64,000 nucleotides of DNA, from assembly GCF_006345805.1 (NCBI RefSeq), contig NC_042998.1, forward strand, positions 199,578,001 to 199,642,000, written 5' to 3'. Below are positions 27,535 to 40,210 of the stretch, piece by piece. Position 1 is the stretch's first letter. Each line of letters begins with the position of its first letter. The notes beneath the pieces were generated by a model. It had not been told where the DNA came from. It saw nothing but the letters and a program-made list of their open reading frames with translations, and made no database searches. The stretch is from Octopus sinensis (lineage: Eukaryota). The translations under genes were made by a program, and so were the position numbers.

Positions 27535-30216
27535 ACGGGAAGCTTTATGAAAATAAACAAAAGACGAAGGCAGGTGGAAAACAAAAAACGAACAATTGTA
27601 TTAGTATGCGCTCAGGAAATATAAATATAAAACAAGTCTTTAACGTTTCGAGCCTACGCTCTTCAACAGAAAGATACACAGAGAGAGAAAAACACAGAAA
27701 AGAAGGAGAGAAAAAAATGCGTGCAGTAGCTAACGAATCAACATGGCGATCTGATTTCGGCCAGAGGTCAAAGATCAAACATGAGACGCGAGAGCGAAAT
27801 AAGGGGAGATAATAGGGTTGATAAAAGGGTTGAGGGACCAGCTAAAAGTGCGTGGGAGGGGTCTGGATGTGTGTATGTATAGGGTTGGTGTATATTAGTA
27901 TGTATAAGGGTGTGTGTGGTGTGTGTGTGTGTGTGTATGAGAGAGTATTAGTGCGTAGGATTGGTCTGGACGTGCGTATGTATGGGGTTGGTGTATGTAT
28001 TAGTATGTATTAGTATGTATTAGTACGTATTGGTATGTATAGGTGTGTGTGTGTGTGAGAGAGTATAAGTGCGTATGCGGGGTCTGGACGTGTGTATGTA
28101 TAGGGTTGGTGTAAGTTAGTATGTACTAGTATGTATTAGTACGTATTAGTATGTATAGTTGGTGTGTGTATTAGTATGGCACATCATATGTGATGTGATG
28201 TGTAAAGTCATGTGCTGTAGTGAGGAGAAGAGGGGGGGAAGAGGGGGGAGAGAGAGGGGAGGAGGGGAAGAAGAGGGGGAGGGAGGAGAAGGGGAAGAGG
28301 AGAGGATGGGAGAAGGAAGGGGAGAGAGGGAGCAGAGGGGAGGGGAAGAGGGAGGGAGAAGAAAGAGGGAAGAAGGGAAGGGGAGTAGGGGTGAAAGGAT
28401 GAAGGACTGAAGAAGTAGGGGTCGGGGGAGAAAGGATAGGTGAGAGGGGGGAGGGGGGGGTTAGATGGGGAGGGGTTAGATGGGAGGGGGGGAGAGTTGA
28501 GACCAAATGGCGTATAAGAGCGAAGAGAGAAGATTAATTCCTGTTCACGGCGCAAACGGGAATCCGTATGGCCTCTGTGTAAGGACAAACCGAACACAGA
28601 TAGGTGTTGCAAGGAGTGACCGGTGGAGCGGAAATGGCGTGAGACGGTGTGTCGTTCGCAAGGTGGATGTCACGAAGGTGTTCCGCGAACCGGTCAGCCA
28701 AGCGGCGTCCGTTTGTCCGATGTACAAGGAATTGCAGAGAGAGAGCAGAGATGCAATAGATAATATTGCTGGAGGTGCAGGTGAAGGAGTGGATGATGGG
28801 ATAGGGTCGATGGTGGGTGCTAGTGAGGCGGGTGGTGTTGGAGAGGTAAGGGCAAGTGCGGCAACGTGGGCGGGAGCAGGGGAACGAGCCGGGTGGGAGG
28901 TAGGGTCAGGGAAGGAGCTATGGACCAAAAGGTCTCGAAGGTTGTGGGCTCGTTTGAAAGAGGGGAGGGGTCGGTTAGGGAAGAGGTGTGTGAAGTGGAC
29001 GGGTCGGACTGGAGATGACGGAAAGCTCGAAGAATGGTGCGTTGGAGACGTAGGGTCGTGGGGTGGTAAGTGAGGGAAAAGGGAGGGGGGGAGACTACAG
29101 GGCGGGTTCGGGGAGAGAGAGCAGATACACGGTCCACGGACCGTGCTCTGGCAAGGGCGGTGGTGTGGATAGTGGTGAGGGTGGTATCCACGTAGGGTGA
29201 AGTGGTGAGCCATACGTTGAGACTGAGTCTCAAAGTCATGGTCGTCACTACAGAGCCTACGTAGACGGAGGAATAGGAATTGGGAATAGGGGATGGAAAG
29301 CTTGGTGGTGTTCGGGTGGGAGGAAGAGAAGTTGAGGTATGAGTGTGAGTCTGTGGTTTGTAGTGAATGGAGGTGGTAAGAGTGGAGTGAAGAATGCTAA
29401 CCGAAATGTCGAGGAAGGAGACAGAGGTGTTGGAGATAGTGGAAGTGAAGTGGAGGGCTGGATGGAAAGATTGGACGAAAGAGAGGAAGGAATCTAGATG
29501 TTCGCGGGAGAGTGAGGTGGCACCGATAATGTCGTCAATATAACGACCATATAGTTCAGGAGTGGGACCAGTGAAATTAGAGAATATTTGGGCCTCAACA
29601 TAGCCAACGAACAGGTTCGCATAGTTGGGGCCCATTCGCGTTCCCATGGCCACTCCCGAGACTGATGGTAGAACTCGCCCGCGAACGAGAAGCAGTTCAG
29701 AGTAAGGACAAGTTCGGCCAGACGAATGAGTGTGGAGGTGTCAGGTACAGGTTTAGAGCGGAGGTCAAGAAAGTGTCGAAGGGCCTGCAGTCCTTCGTGG
29801 TGAGGGATAACTGTATAGAGGCTTTGGATGTCCATAGTAAAAAGGATTTTGGGGAGCCGGGAGGAAAGAAGAAAGAGTTGAAAAGCCGGAGAGCATGGTT
29901 GGTATCGTGGATGTGGGAGGGAAGAGATGCCACTAGGGGGGCAAGGACACGGTCGAGGTATTTAGAGATGAGCTCCGTGGGGCAGTTACAGGCGGAGACG
30001 ATGGGGCGGCCAGGGTTGTTGGTTTGTGGATTTTGGGGAGGAAGTAAATGGTGGGGGGGTACGTGGGGTTCGCACAATTAGGTTGGATGCGGTGCGGGAG
30101 AGACGGGAGGACGACGAGATGAGGTCTTGGACAGTAGAGGATACCGTCTGTTGGTAGCTACGTGTGGGGGTTAGAGGGCAGAGGGGGAATAGAAGGAGGT
30201 GTCATTGAGTTGGCGG

Positions 30217-30219
<3 letters not shown>
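27535..30219 (-). mobile_element. 5'-truncated, frameshifted Penelope-like retroelement (RT + GIY-YIG + HHR-bearing pLTR)
   Basis: PGRPIVSACNCPTE, MDIQSLYTVIPH, MAMGTRMGPNYANLFVG, RYIDD, FLDISV, SLYIGQT motifs spread over several frames (28510-30210); bounded by (TA)n. Confidence 0.92.
27637..27674 (-). ncRNA. Minimal type I hammerhead in PLE pLTR (A6U core variant)
   Basis: UCUUU-CUGUUGA-A-GAGC(GUAG)GCUC-GAA-ACGU-U-AAAGA. Confidence 0.7.
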
Positions 30220-30262
<43 letters not shown>

Positions 30263-30270
<8 letters not shown>

Positions 30271-30996
30271 ATTAGGGCTTAGTAAAATAAATTACTTTGC
30301 CACATACTGAACTTAGTAGAAATAGCAGCCAAAAAAAAATTTTTTCTTAGCATTTCTACTACTTAAAGAAAATTTCTCTCAGATAATGTTTACTCCAGAC
30401 AGCTCACGAAGGTTTGGGGGTAAATACAGAAAAATATCACAAGTACATAGATCGTTTGAGTACGTCAACGTTTCAAGATTAGCCAAATAAAATCAGCATT
30501 TCTTTCGTCAGCTCAAAATTTCTTAATTTGGATTTGGAAACACTAAAAAGAAGGAACTTTACCTATCATCGAACTTGTCGCTTCAGATGAACCACTCCAA
30601 CTAAACAGTGTCAACAAATTCAAAATGCGCAGGCGTAAAATTCTGCACTCCCCATTCCACCCACGTGGTCTGTCTAGCAAACACTATATTTTAACCGCGA
30701 GAACCGAGGCAGTTATGGCCGAGAGAAATGAATTATAATATCAACAATTGAGGGTAAAATTAATTAATTAATCAATTTCACCAAGTGTTCAGTATGTAAA
30801 AGGACCATTTAAGGCGAATTCAAAATATTACATTATATAATTAGGGCTTAGTAAAATAAATTACTTTGCCACATACTGAACTTAGTAGAAATAGCAGCCA
30901 AAAAAATAATTTTTTCTTAGCATTTCTACTACTTAAAGAAAATTTCTCTCAGATAATGTTTACTCCAGACAGCTCACGAATGTTTGGGGGTAAATA
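30263..30996 (-). mobile_element. Retrozyme/pLTR-like element: ~570 bp unit with ~164 bp terminal direct repeat
   Basis: 30263-30426 is nearly identical to 30832-30996; central HHR; sits in TA/GATA microsatellite; no ORF. Confidence 0.75.
30455..30517 (-). ncRNA. Canonical type I hammerhead ribozyme
   Basis: UUUGAG-CUGACGA-AAGA...UCUU-GAA-ACG(UUGA)CGU-A-CUCAAA; intact core, GUA cleavage triplet. Confidence 0.85.
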
Positions 30997-31007
30997 TATA
31001 TATATAT

Positions 31008-31130
<123 letters not shown>

Positions 31131-32203
31131 TATTATATATGTCTTTTCATTGCTCTGCTTAGTAAGTAATTGAAGAAACAGAAAGCAACTGAACTCAAAC
31201 ATTTCAAAAACTTAATTCAAAACTCTTGCGAAAGCTACAATATGAAACCAACAGAAGTTTAAATCTGACCGCATAGTACCTGAAACAACCTGTAGAAAAA
31301 CAAGTAATTTCTCGTGAGTACCGAGCAAATTTTTCCCTTCATTTTATATACGCAAGTACACATGCATCCTGTGATTTTATTAAATTCATTGAGCAGTCAG
31401 AATTTACACACACTTTTGATTTTTCACGCGCATATCTCTGTTGAAAACTCTCACAAAATTTCGCAAAAATCAAGCACTCTTCACTTTCAAAATCCTCTTT
31501 TCTCCATCACATGGAGAAAAAGATATACCATTTAAATTATTGACTAGCAAAACGAACGAAGGAAAAGACACATAACAAGCCGAGTAAAATCACTTTACAA
31601 CTACTGCTATCACTACGACATTTCACTCGTATATTTCCGTTTAAAACTAACGGTCACATTACACAAGATTATACATTTTTAAACTATCACATAACTCCGA
31701 AAAACTCAAATGATCACATACACCAGACTATGCATTTTGAAACTATCACATAATTTCGCAAAAGTCAAACACCCCTCACTTTCAAAATTATTTTTCTCCA
31801 TCACATAGAGAAAAAAGAGAATCCACCTAAATTATTGACTAGCAAAACGAACGAAAGAAAAGACAGTAACTACTATCACCATGAGCAAAATAGCCCAAAG
31901 GAAACTTCACTTAACAGAGAATGAAGATGCTATTCCTCTCAACAGCTGGCTTGACCTTTCACAAAAAGGTAACATAGAAAAATCATGCCCCAGTGACGTT
32001 TCACTTTTTAACCATCGAATAGCAAAACAAGTGGAATCTAAACTAAAGTACATTTCGAAATCCTACCACCTCGTTAAGGAGCATCTTACAATACCCCACT
32101 TAATATTCTCCGATTCTACTAAACGAAAACAACCTACCACTACTGACCTGTTAACTTTCCAACATACCAAAATCTGCTCACTCCTTGATTACCATGACAA
32201 ACA

Positions 32204-32565
32204 TGGAGGCGCAATGGCCCAGTGGTTAGGGCAGCGGACTCGCGGTCGTAGGATCACGGTTTCGATTCCCAGACCGGGTGTTGTGAGTGTTTATTGAGCG
32301 AAAACACCTAAAGCTCCACGTGGCTCCTGCTGTACTCTTTCGCCACAACTTTCTCTCACTCTTACTTCCTGTTTCTGTTGTACCTGTATTTCAAAGGGCC
32401 GGCCTTGTCACTTTCTGTGTCACGCTGAATATCCCCGAGAACTACGTTAAGGGTACACGTGTCTGTGGGTTGCTCAGCCACTTACACGTTAATTTCACGA
32501 GCAGGCTGTTCCGTTGATTCGGATCAACCGGAAACCTCGTCGTCGTAACCGACGGAGTGCTTCCA
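32204..32565 (+). mobile_element. SINE family C
   Basis: TSD accatgacaaaca at 32191-32203 and 32569-32581. Confidence 0.9.
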
Positions 32566-32849
32566 TCCACCATGACAAACAATTCCTCATACCCATCACC
32601 AGAAACATCACTACCATTACCGTTACCATCACCAACAGCATGACTGCCATCATCATCTTCACAAGCAACATCGCCATCGTCACCACCTGTAGCACCACCG
32701 CCATTATTATCGATGCTAGCGCCGTCGTCACCATCGTCGTCATCAACTACTATTACTGTCTCCACCACCACAACCTTTACCAGTCCTTCACCGTTACAAA
32801 CCAGCAATAGGATGCCGTTATTCCCTCCATGTGAGGATGTGTTTGCGAC

Positions 32850-35204
32850 AAAAATTTTACCCAAAAATTTTTCGAAAATTTTCATCGAAAATTTTACACA
32901 AAAAATTTTTCGAAAATTTTTACCGAAAATTTTACCCAAAAATTTTTCGAAAATTTTCACCAAAAAATTTTGCCCAAAAATTTTCAACAAAAATTTTTCG
33001 AAAATTCTCACCAAAAAATTTTGCACAAAAATTTTTCGAATATTTTCACTAAAAATTTTACCCAAAAAGTTTTCGAAAATTTTCACCGAAAATTTTACCC
33101 AAAAATTTTTCGAAAATTTTCAACAAATTTTTCCAAAACTTTCACCGAAAATTTTACCCAAAAATTTTTCGAAAATTTTCACCCAAAAAGTTTGCCCAAA
33201 AATTTTCAACAAAAATTTTTCGAAAATTTTCACCGAAAATTTTACCCAAAAATTTTTCGAAAATTTTCAACAAAAAATTTTGCCCAAAAATTTTCCGAAA
33301 ATTTTCACCAAAAAATTTTGCACAAAAATTTTTCGAAAATTTTTCACTAAAAATTTTACACAAAAAATTTTTCGAATATTTTCACTAAAAATTTTACCCA
33401 AAAATTTTCGAAAATTTTCACCAAATTTTGCCCAAAAATTTTCAACAAATATTTTTCGAAAATTTTCACCAAAGAAGTTTGCCCAAAAATTTTCAACAAA
33501 AATTTTTCGAATATTTACACCGAAAATTTGACCCAAAATTTATCGAAAATTGTTACGGAAAATTTTGCCCAAAAGTTTTCACCGAAAATTTCCACAAAAA
33601 ATTTTTTGAAAGTTTTCACCGAAAATTTTCCCCAAAAATTTTCACCAAACATTTTTCGAAAAATTTTACCGAAAATTTTACCCAAAAATTTTTCGAAAAT
33701 TTTGCCCAAAAATTCTTCTAAAATTTTCAACGAAAATTTAACCAGAAATATTTCGAAAATTTTCCCCAAAAATTTTCGAAAATTTTCACCGAAAATTTTT
33801 CCCAAAAATATTTCGAAAACTTTGCCCAAAAATCTTTTGAAAATTTTCACCGAAAATTTACCCAAAAATATTTGGGTAAAATTTTCCACAAAAATTTTCC
33901 GAAAATTTTCACTGAATATTTTACAAAAAATATTTCGAAAATTTTACCCAAAAATTTTTCGAAAATTTTCACCCAAAATTTTACCCAAAAACTTTTCCTA
34001 AAATTTCAGCGAAAAATTCACCCAAAAAATATTTCGAAAATTTTCCCCAAAAATTTTCGAAGATTTTCACCGAAAATTTTTCCCCAAAATATTTCGAAAA
34101 CTTTGCCCAAAAATTTTTTGAAAATTTTTACCCAAAAATATTTGGGTAAAATTTTCCTCAAAAATTTTCCGAAAATTTTCACTGAATATTTTACAAAAAA
34201 TATTTCGAAAATTTCACCCAAAAATTTTCACAAAAATTTTTCGAAAATTTTCACGGAAAATTTTCCCCAAAAATTTTTCGAAAATTTTTACGGAAAATTT
34301 TGCCCAAAAGTTTTCACCGAATATTTTCCCAAAAAATTTTTCGAAAGTTTTCACTGAATATTTAACCCAAAAACATTTCGAAAATTTTACCCAAAAATTT
34401 TTCGAAAATTTTCAGCGAAAATTTTCACCAAAAATTTTTCGAATATTTTCACCGAAAATTTTACCCAAAAATTTTTCGAAAATTTTCACCAAAAATTTTA
34501 CTAAAAAATTTTTCGAAAATTTTTACCCCAAAATTTTTCGAAAATTTTCACCGAAAAATTTTCACCCAAAATTTTACCCAAAAATTTTTCGAAAATTTTC
34601 ACCCAAAATTTTACCCAAAAATTTTTCCTAAAATTTCAGCGAAAAATTCACCCAAAAAATTCTTCGAAAATTTTCACCAAAAATTTTACCCAAAAAGTTT
34701 TCGAAAATTTTCACCGAAAATTTTGCCCAAAAATTTTGAGCGAACATTTTACCCAAAAATTTTTCGAAAATTTTCACCAAAAATTTTACCCAAAAATTTT
34801 TTGAAAATTTTCACTGAAAATTTTACCCAAAAATTTTTCGAAAATTTTCACCGAAAATTTTACCCAAAAATTTTTCGAGAATTTTCACCAAAAATTTTAC
34901 CCAAAAATTTTCCGAAAATTTTCACTGAAAATTTTACCCAAAAATCTTTCCAAAATTTTCACTGAAAATTTTACCCAAAAAGTTTTCGAAAATTTTCGCC
35001 GAAAATTTTGCCCAAAAATTTTCACCAACAATTTTTCGAAAATTTTACCCACAAATCTTTCGATAATTTTCACCGAAAAATTTTCCCAAATATTTTCACC
35101 AAAAATTTTTCGAAAATTTTCAGCGAACATTTTACCCAACAATTTTTGGAAAATTTTCACTGAAAATTTTACCCAAAAATTTTTAGAAAATTTTCATCGA
35201 AAAA
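32850..35204. repeat. AT-rich minisatellite/satellite, ~37 bp unit aaaattttacccaaaaatttttcgaaaattttcaccg
   Basis: About 2.35 kb of degenerate tandem units built from 12-13 bp AAAATTTT sub-repeats. Confidence 0.92.
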
Positions 35205-35888
35205 GAACAGGACCTGCTAGACGTCTTCATAGAAAGTTTTAATTGAGTAGATGTATGCAATCTTTGTGAATTTGTGTAACCTAGACAGTCTCAAATGAAA
35301 TGTTGCCCAGCGGTTACAAAGTATAAAGACACAGGAGTTGTAAATCGGCTGACATATGAACTACCACAACATGCATAGACTTAGAAAACAACTGGATGTT
35401 ACATTTAAGGGCACTCACACACACACACACACACATGTCACACGCGCACACACGCACACACACGCACTCATACACATGCGCACACACGCACACACACGCA
35501 CTCATACACATGCACACACATTGGTTTAATGGCTCTTATTTCAAAAGAAGATACGCGCAACGTAATTCTTCTTATTGCACAGCCAAAGGCGGCATTCATC
35601 AATACCATAGCAGTTGTTTCCTATCTGAAAGAGATTAACGGCAATAATTAACGTCTTTATCAACAATACATAAAAATAAAGCCGGATTCTAATAGTGAAA
35701 TATGGTTCTTGTGTTTGACAGGGAAGATTAAATCCTTAGGCAAGTTTCTTCGAAGCTAAGAAGAAATAAGATTTCGAAATTCAGAAATAAGTATATTTCC
35801 TAGAAAATCAATTTGAAAAGCAGCCTGGATAAACAAAATTATTTTAATGAATGCTATGTGCTGACGAGGGACGAAAAGTCAATAATAA

Positions 35889-36280
35889 TCCTTTCTAATA
35901 TAGGTACAAGACCTGAAATTTGGTAGGAAGGGGCCAGTCGATTTGATCGACTCCAGTACGCAACTGGTACTTAATTTAACGACGTCGAAAGAATGAAAGG
36001 CAAAGTCGAACTCGAAGGAATTTGAATTCAGAACGTAAAGACGGACAAAATACCTATTTCTTTACTACTCACAAGGGGCTAAACACAGAGGGGACAAACA
36101 AGTACATACAAACGGACTAAGTCGATTACATCGACCCCAGTGCGTAACTGGTACTTATTTAATCGACCCCGAAAGGATGAAAGGCAAAGTCGACCTCGGC
36201 GGAATTTGAACTCAGAACGTAGCGGCAGACAAAATACCGGTAAGCATTTTGCCCGGCATGCTAACAAGTTTGCTTGCTCG
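35889..36280 (-). mobile_element. SINE family A dimer with variant distal tail
   Basis: Head-containing unit plus a second unit joined at aaaatacctatttc. Confidence 0.82.
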
Positions 36281-37027
36281 CAACCCTCAATAGTCAATAA
36301 TAATGTCGATATATTGGGCTCGAATTGCTAACGGAGCTAAGTATGCAGTGTTTTTCTTGAGATTAAAGCAGAAAAATAAGTTATCGCATGGGTCTTCTCT
36401 GAATTCAACACCATTCATATTGAGGGAAATCTCATATATGTTGAAGGGAATTGTATTCCCGTGAATTAGATATCATATTTATTGTTTATAATATTGGTGA
36501 AATAAAGATTTTACAGTTGTTATAATATTGAAGGATTCGTTCAGGCTCTGAGTTCAAATCCTATCGAATACCACTTTGCTTTTCATATTTTCGTAGATGT
36601 CAAACAGGTACTTTCATATTATCGACAGCCGATGATAAGTAAACTATTACATACATGAAAAGGGTTTCATCGTTAATCGATGAAATTTCGGAAAAACAAT
36701 TCATAACTCCTGAAGAGCAAGGAATTGGAAAGTGTATTAACTAACCCTTTAAGAAATAAAAGAATGATTGTCGATAATATGAAAGAGCGTAAAAAAGTAT
36801 GGTAGATATGTGAGGCGTGAGTAATTTCTCTGTATTGTTTGTTTGAATGTATGCTACATATGTAAAGACCTCATATTTCATGTGCGTGATATTGAGTGTG
36901 TACGTACGTTTAGTGTCTGTGTATGCCATATGCTTATTATCCTTACGTAGGTACTGAGTGATGCATAGGAAGTATAGGACATATTTTCACGTGTACTTGT
37001 ATGTTTAGTATGTATCTATAATGCGAT

Positions 37028-37410
37028 TGGAGGCGCAATGGCCCAGTGGTTAGGGCAGCGGACTCGCGGTCATAGGATCGCGGTTTCGATTCCCAGACCG
37101 GGCGTTGTAAGTGTTTATTGAGCGAAAACACCTAAAGCTCCACGAGTCTCCGGCAGGGGATGGTGGTGATCCCTGATGTACTCTTTCACCACAACTTTCT
37201 CTCACTCTTTCTTCCTGTTTCTGTTGTACCTGTATTTCAAAGGGCCGGCCTTGTCACTCTCTGTGTCACGCTGAATATCCCCGAGAACTACGTTAAGGGT
37301 ACATGTGTCTGTGGAGTGCTCAGCCACTTACACGTTAATTTCACGAGCAGGCTGTTCCGTTGATTCGGATCAACCGGAACCGTCATCGTCGTAATCGAGG
37401 GAGTGCTTCC
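37028..37410 (+). mobile_element. SINE family C
   Basis: TSD ataatgcgatt; short A tail. Confidence 0.9.
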
Positions 37411-37831
37411 TTAGAAAAAAAAAATAATGCGATTATGCGCATTTTGGATGTTTGCTCACATGTAGAAATTTTACGAAGTGAATTCAAGTGCGAAATGCGT
37501 ATGATTATTGAGCTGTGGTAGATTACTAAAATCATGATTGTTGTTACTTTGTACGTGTATCTATTCAACTTTGCAAGTACATATAAGTTACTGGGTTAGC
37601 AATGGATACTCAAATGGAACCATCGACACTAAACTTTCCATTGAAATCCAAATCTACTCCAGTTCACCAGACTCACCCGATTCGCCACAGATGTACACTT
37701 GACTAATATCGGCGACTGAATCGGCGCAATATTTCTTACTTTTGAACAGATTAACTTCTTCATGAACTTTTTCTTGTCCTTCCACCCAACCTCAGCATTT
37801 ATTTCTTCCATCTCCATTCAATTAGCTTCCT

Positions 37832-38409
37832 AAATTTTTGGGGAGGGGGCTAGTCAAGTACAGTCACCCAAGTAGACAACTGGTACTTATTGAAAGAAAG
37901 AAAGGCAAAGTCGACCTTGGCGGAATTTGAAATCAGAACGTAAAGACAGTCGAAATATCTATTTCTTTACTTTCCCACAAGGGGCTTAACACAGAGAGGA
38001 CAAACAAGGACAGACAAACGGATTAAGTCGATTGTATCGACCCCAGTGCCTAACTGGTACTTACTTAATCGACCCCGAAAGGATGAAAGGCAAAGCCGAC
38101 CTCGGCGGAATTTGAACTCAGAACGTAGCAGCAGACGAAATACGGCAAAGCTTTTCGCCCGGCGTGCTAACGTTTCTTATTTATTTACTACCCACAAGGG
38201 GCTAAACATAGAGGGGACAAACAATGACAGACAAACGTATTAAGTCGATTACATCGACCCCAGTGCATAACTGGTACTTACTTAATCGACCCCGAAAGGA
38301 TGAAAGGCAAAGCCGACCTCGGCGGAATTTGAACTCAGAACGTAGCAGCAGACGAAATACGGCAAAGCATTTCGCCCGGCATGCTAACGTTTCTGCCAGT
38401 TCGCCGCCT
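37832..38409 (-). mobile_element. SINE family A multimer
   Basis: Three tandem body units. Confidence 0.85.
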
Positions 38410-39071
38410 TCTCACACTCTTAATTCGACATCATTCTACCATCAAAATCTGATGGTAGAATGATGAATTTAACTTTGAAATCCAATATGAAAGCCGTTAC
38501 TTCATTCTCTATAGTTGCAAACTGTTCTAAATGATTTCTTCTCTCTATTTGTGATGCTGAGTGCAGTTTCACGTTTTCACCGGCCTTTGCCCCATGATTT
38601 ATTCACCACTCACCATCCCTCTATATTTCGTCTTCAGTGCATCATCCTGAAGCACACTTACTCCTCCCATGAGACGCCGCCACTCACCACATAACTCTGC
38701 TGAACTCTTCTCGAAATATAGACGCACTCAGAATTAGCTTTTCGTAGATCACGCCTCACCACACATCCTGCTAAAAAGTTGCTCCAGTACCAAATGTGTT
38801 GCCAAAAATTTCAGCCCCTCCCTGAAATGCACTGCTATAAACCCTCGTAGCAATATATCCTTTCACATGCTGGTCACGTAGGTGGAAAATTATTCAATAG
38901 TGAAATTGAACTTTTGTGGCTTAGATGTTCTAAATAAAATCACGCCATCTACAGTTACTCCATTTTCGCATTCATTTCGGCAAATATTCAGTTTCGGTAT
39001 CGTTGTCTAACGCAAAAGAAAAACAAACAAACAAACAAACGCCTTTCCAGCTAAGGAATACTCAACGACTG

Positions 39072-39455
39072 TGGAGGCGCAATGGCCCAGTGGTTAGGGC
39101 AGCGGACTCGCGGTCATAGGATCGCGGTTTCGATTCCTAGACCGGGCGTTGTGAGTGTTTATTGAGCGAAAACACCTAAAGCTCCACGAGGCTCCGGCAG
39201 GGGATGGTGGTGATCCCTGCTGTACTCTTTCACCACAACTTTCTCTCACTCTTACTTCCTGTTTCTGTTGTACCTGTATTTCAAAGGGCCGGCCTTGTCA
39301 CTCTCTGTGTCACGCTGAATATCCCCGAGAACTACGTTAAGGGTACACGTGTCTGTGGAGTGCTCAGCCACTTACACGTTAATTTCACGAGCAGGCTGTT
39401 CCGTTGATTCGGATCAACCGGAACCCTCATCGTCGTAACCGACGGAGTGCTTCCA
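39072..39455 (+). mobile_element. SINE family C
   Basis: Full copy; flanking actcaacg duplication. Confidence 0.9.
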
Positions 39456-39621
39456 GACTCAACGGCAAGGGATAACCTCTAATCACGAGTTTTAATAGTT
39501 GTAAACTTACACAAATACATAAGTATGCAGTAACAATACCTCAAGTCATACTTAGGTATCATAATTTAACATTAGTTTTAAACAGCTCTTATACATTTCA
39601 TATAGAAAGGTCGGTAGACAC

Positions 39622-39974
39622 GTATTATATTTACATTCGACGGATATTAGTCGTCATCTTGTTTGTTGTTAATATATCCACCAGCCGTCTTCAAGTGTCT
39701 TGGGGAAATTTTGAACCTGGGTTGTCATTCCCTAGGAATTTTTCGATGCTATTATTATTATTGTTCAGGTCACTGCTTAGAATCGAACTCGGAATCTTGG
39801 AGATAGTAGCCTGCGCTCTTAACCACTACACCATATACCCACGGGCATATGGCGTAGTGTTCAGAGTGCGGGTTATTAACCCCAAGATTCTGAGTTCGAT
39901 TTCAAGCGGTGACCTGAACAGCACCACCACCACCACCACTACTACTATACTACTACTACTACTACTACTACTAC

Positions 39975-40009
<35 letters not shown>

Positions 40010-40210
40010 TTAAGAAGAATTATTATTATAATAACATCAAAAAATACTTGAAGAATGAGAACCTAGGTTCGAAATTTCTCCAAGACACCTGATGAAGGCT
40101 GGAGGGTATATCAGCCGAAACGTTGTGTTAACAACAAACAAGAGGAGGACAAATATCCGTCGAATGTAAATAATGTACATAATTCCTCATCTGTTAAATA
40201 TAGAACTGTA
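39622..40210. mobile_element. Fold-back element: two divergent tRNA-like heads, each followed by (AAT)n and an HHR-type tail
   Basis: 39763-39840 is an inverted copy of 39843-39919; 39622-39760 is an inverted copy of about 40025-40178. Confidence 0.8.
40084..40129 (+). ncRNA. Minimal type I hammerhead ribozyme
   Basis: GACAC-CUGAUGA-A-GGCUG(GAGGGUAUAU)CAGCC-GAA-ACGU-U-GUGUU. Confidence 0.8.

Noticed and set aside
28507-29073. Plus-strand 188 aa ORF
   Set aside because: Antisense shadow of the PLE coding region.
32442-35160. Long KNFSKIF ORFs, up to 272 aa
   Set aside because: Open on both strands in several frames because the satellite lacks stop codons.
32850-35204. CRISPR-like array
   Set aside because: No unique spacers, no cas genes, eukaryotic context.
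35861-35885. ctgacgagggacgaaa HHR-like core
   Set aside because: Stem II is only 1 bp and there is no stem I pairing.
38625-38640. Minus-strand ctgaagacgaaa
   Set aside because: No stem II or stem I; chance match.
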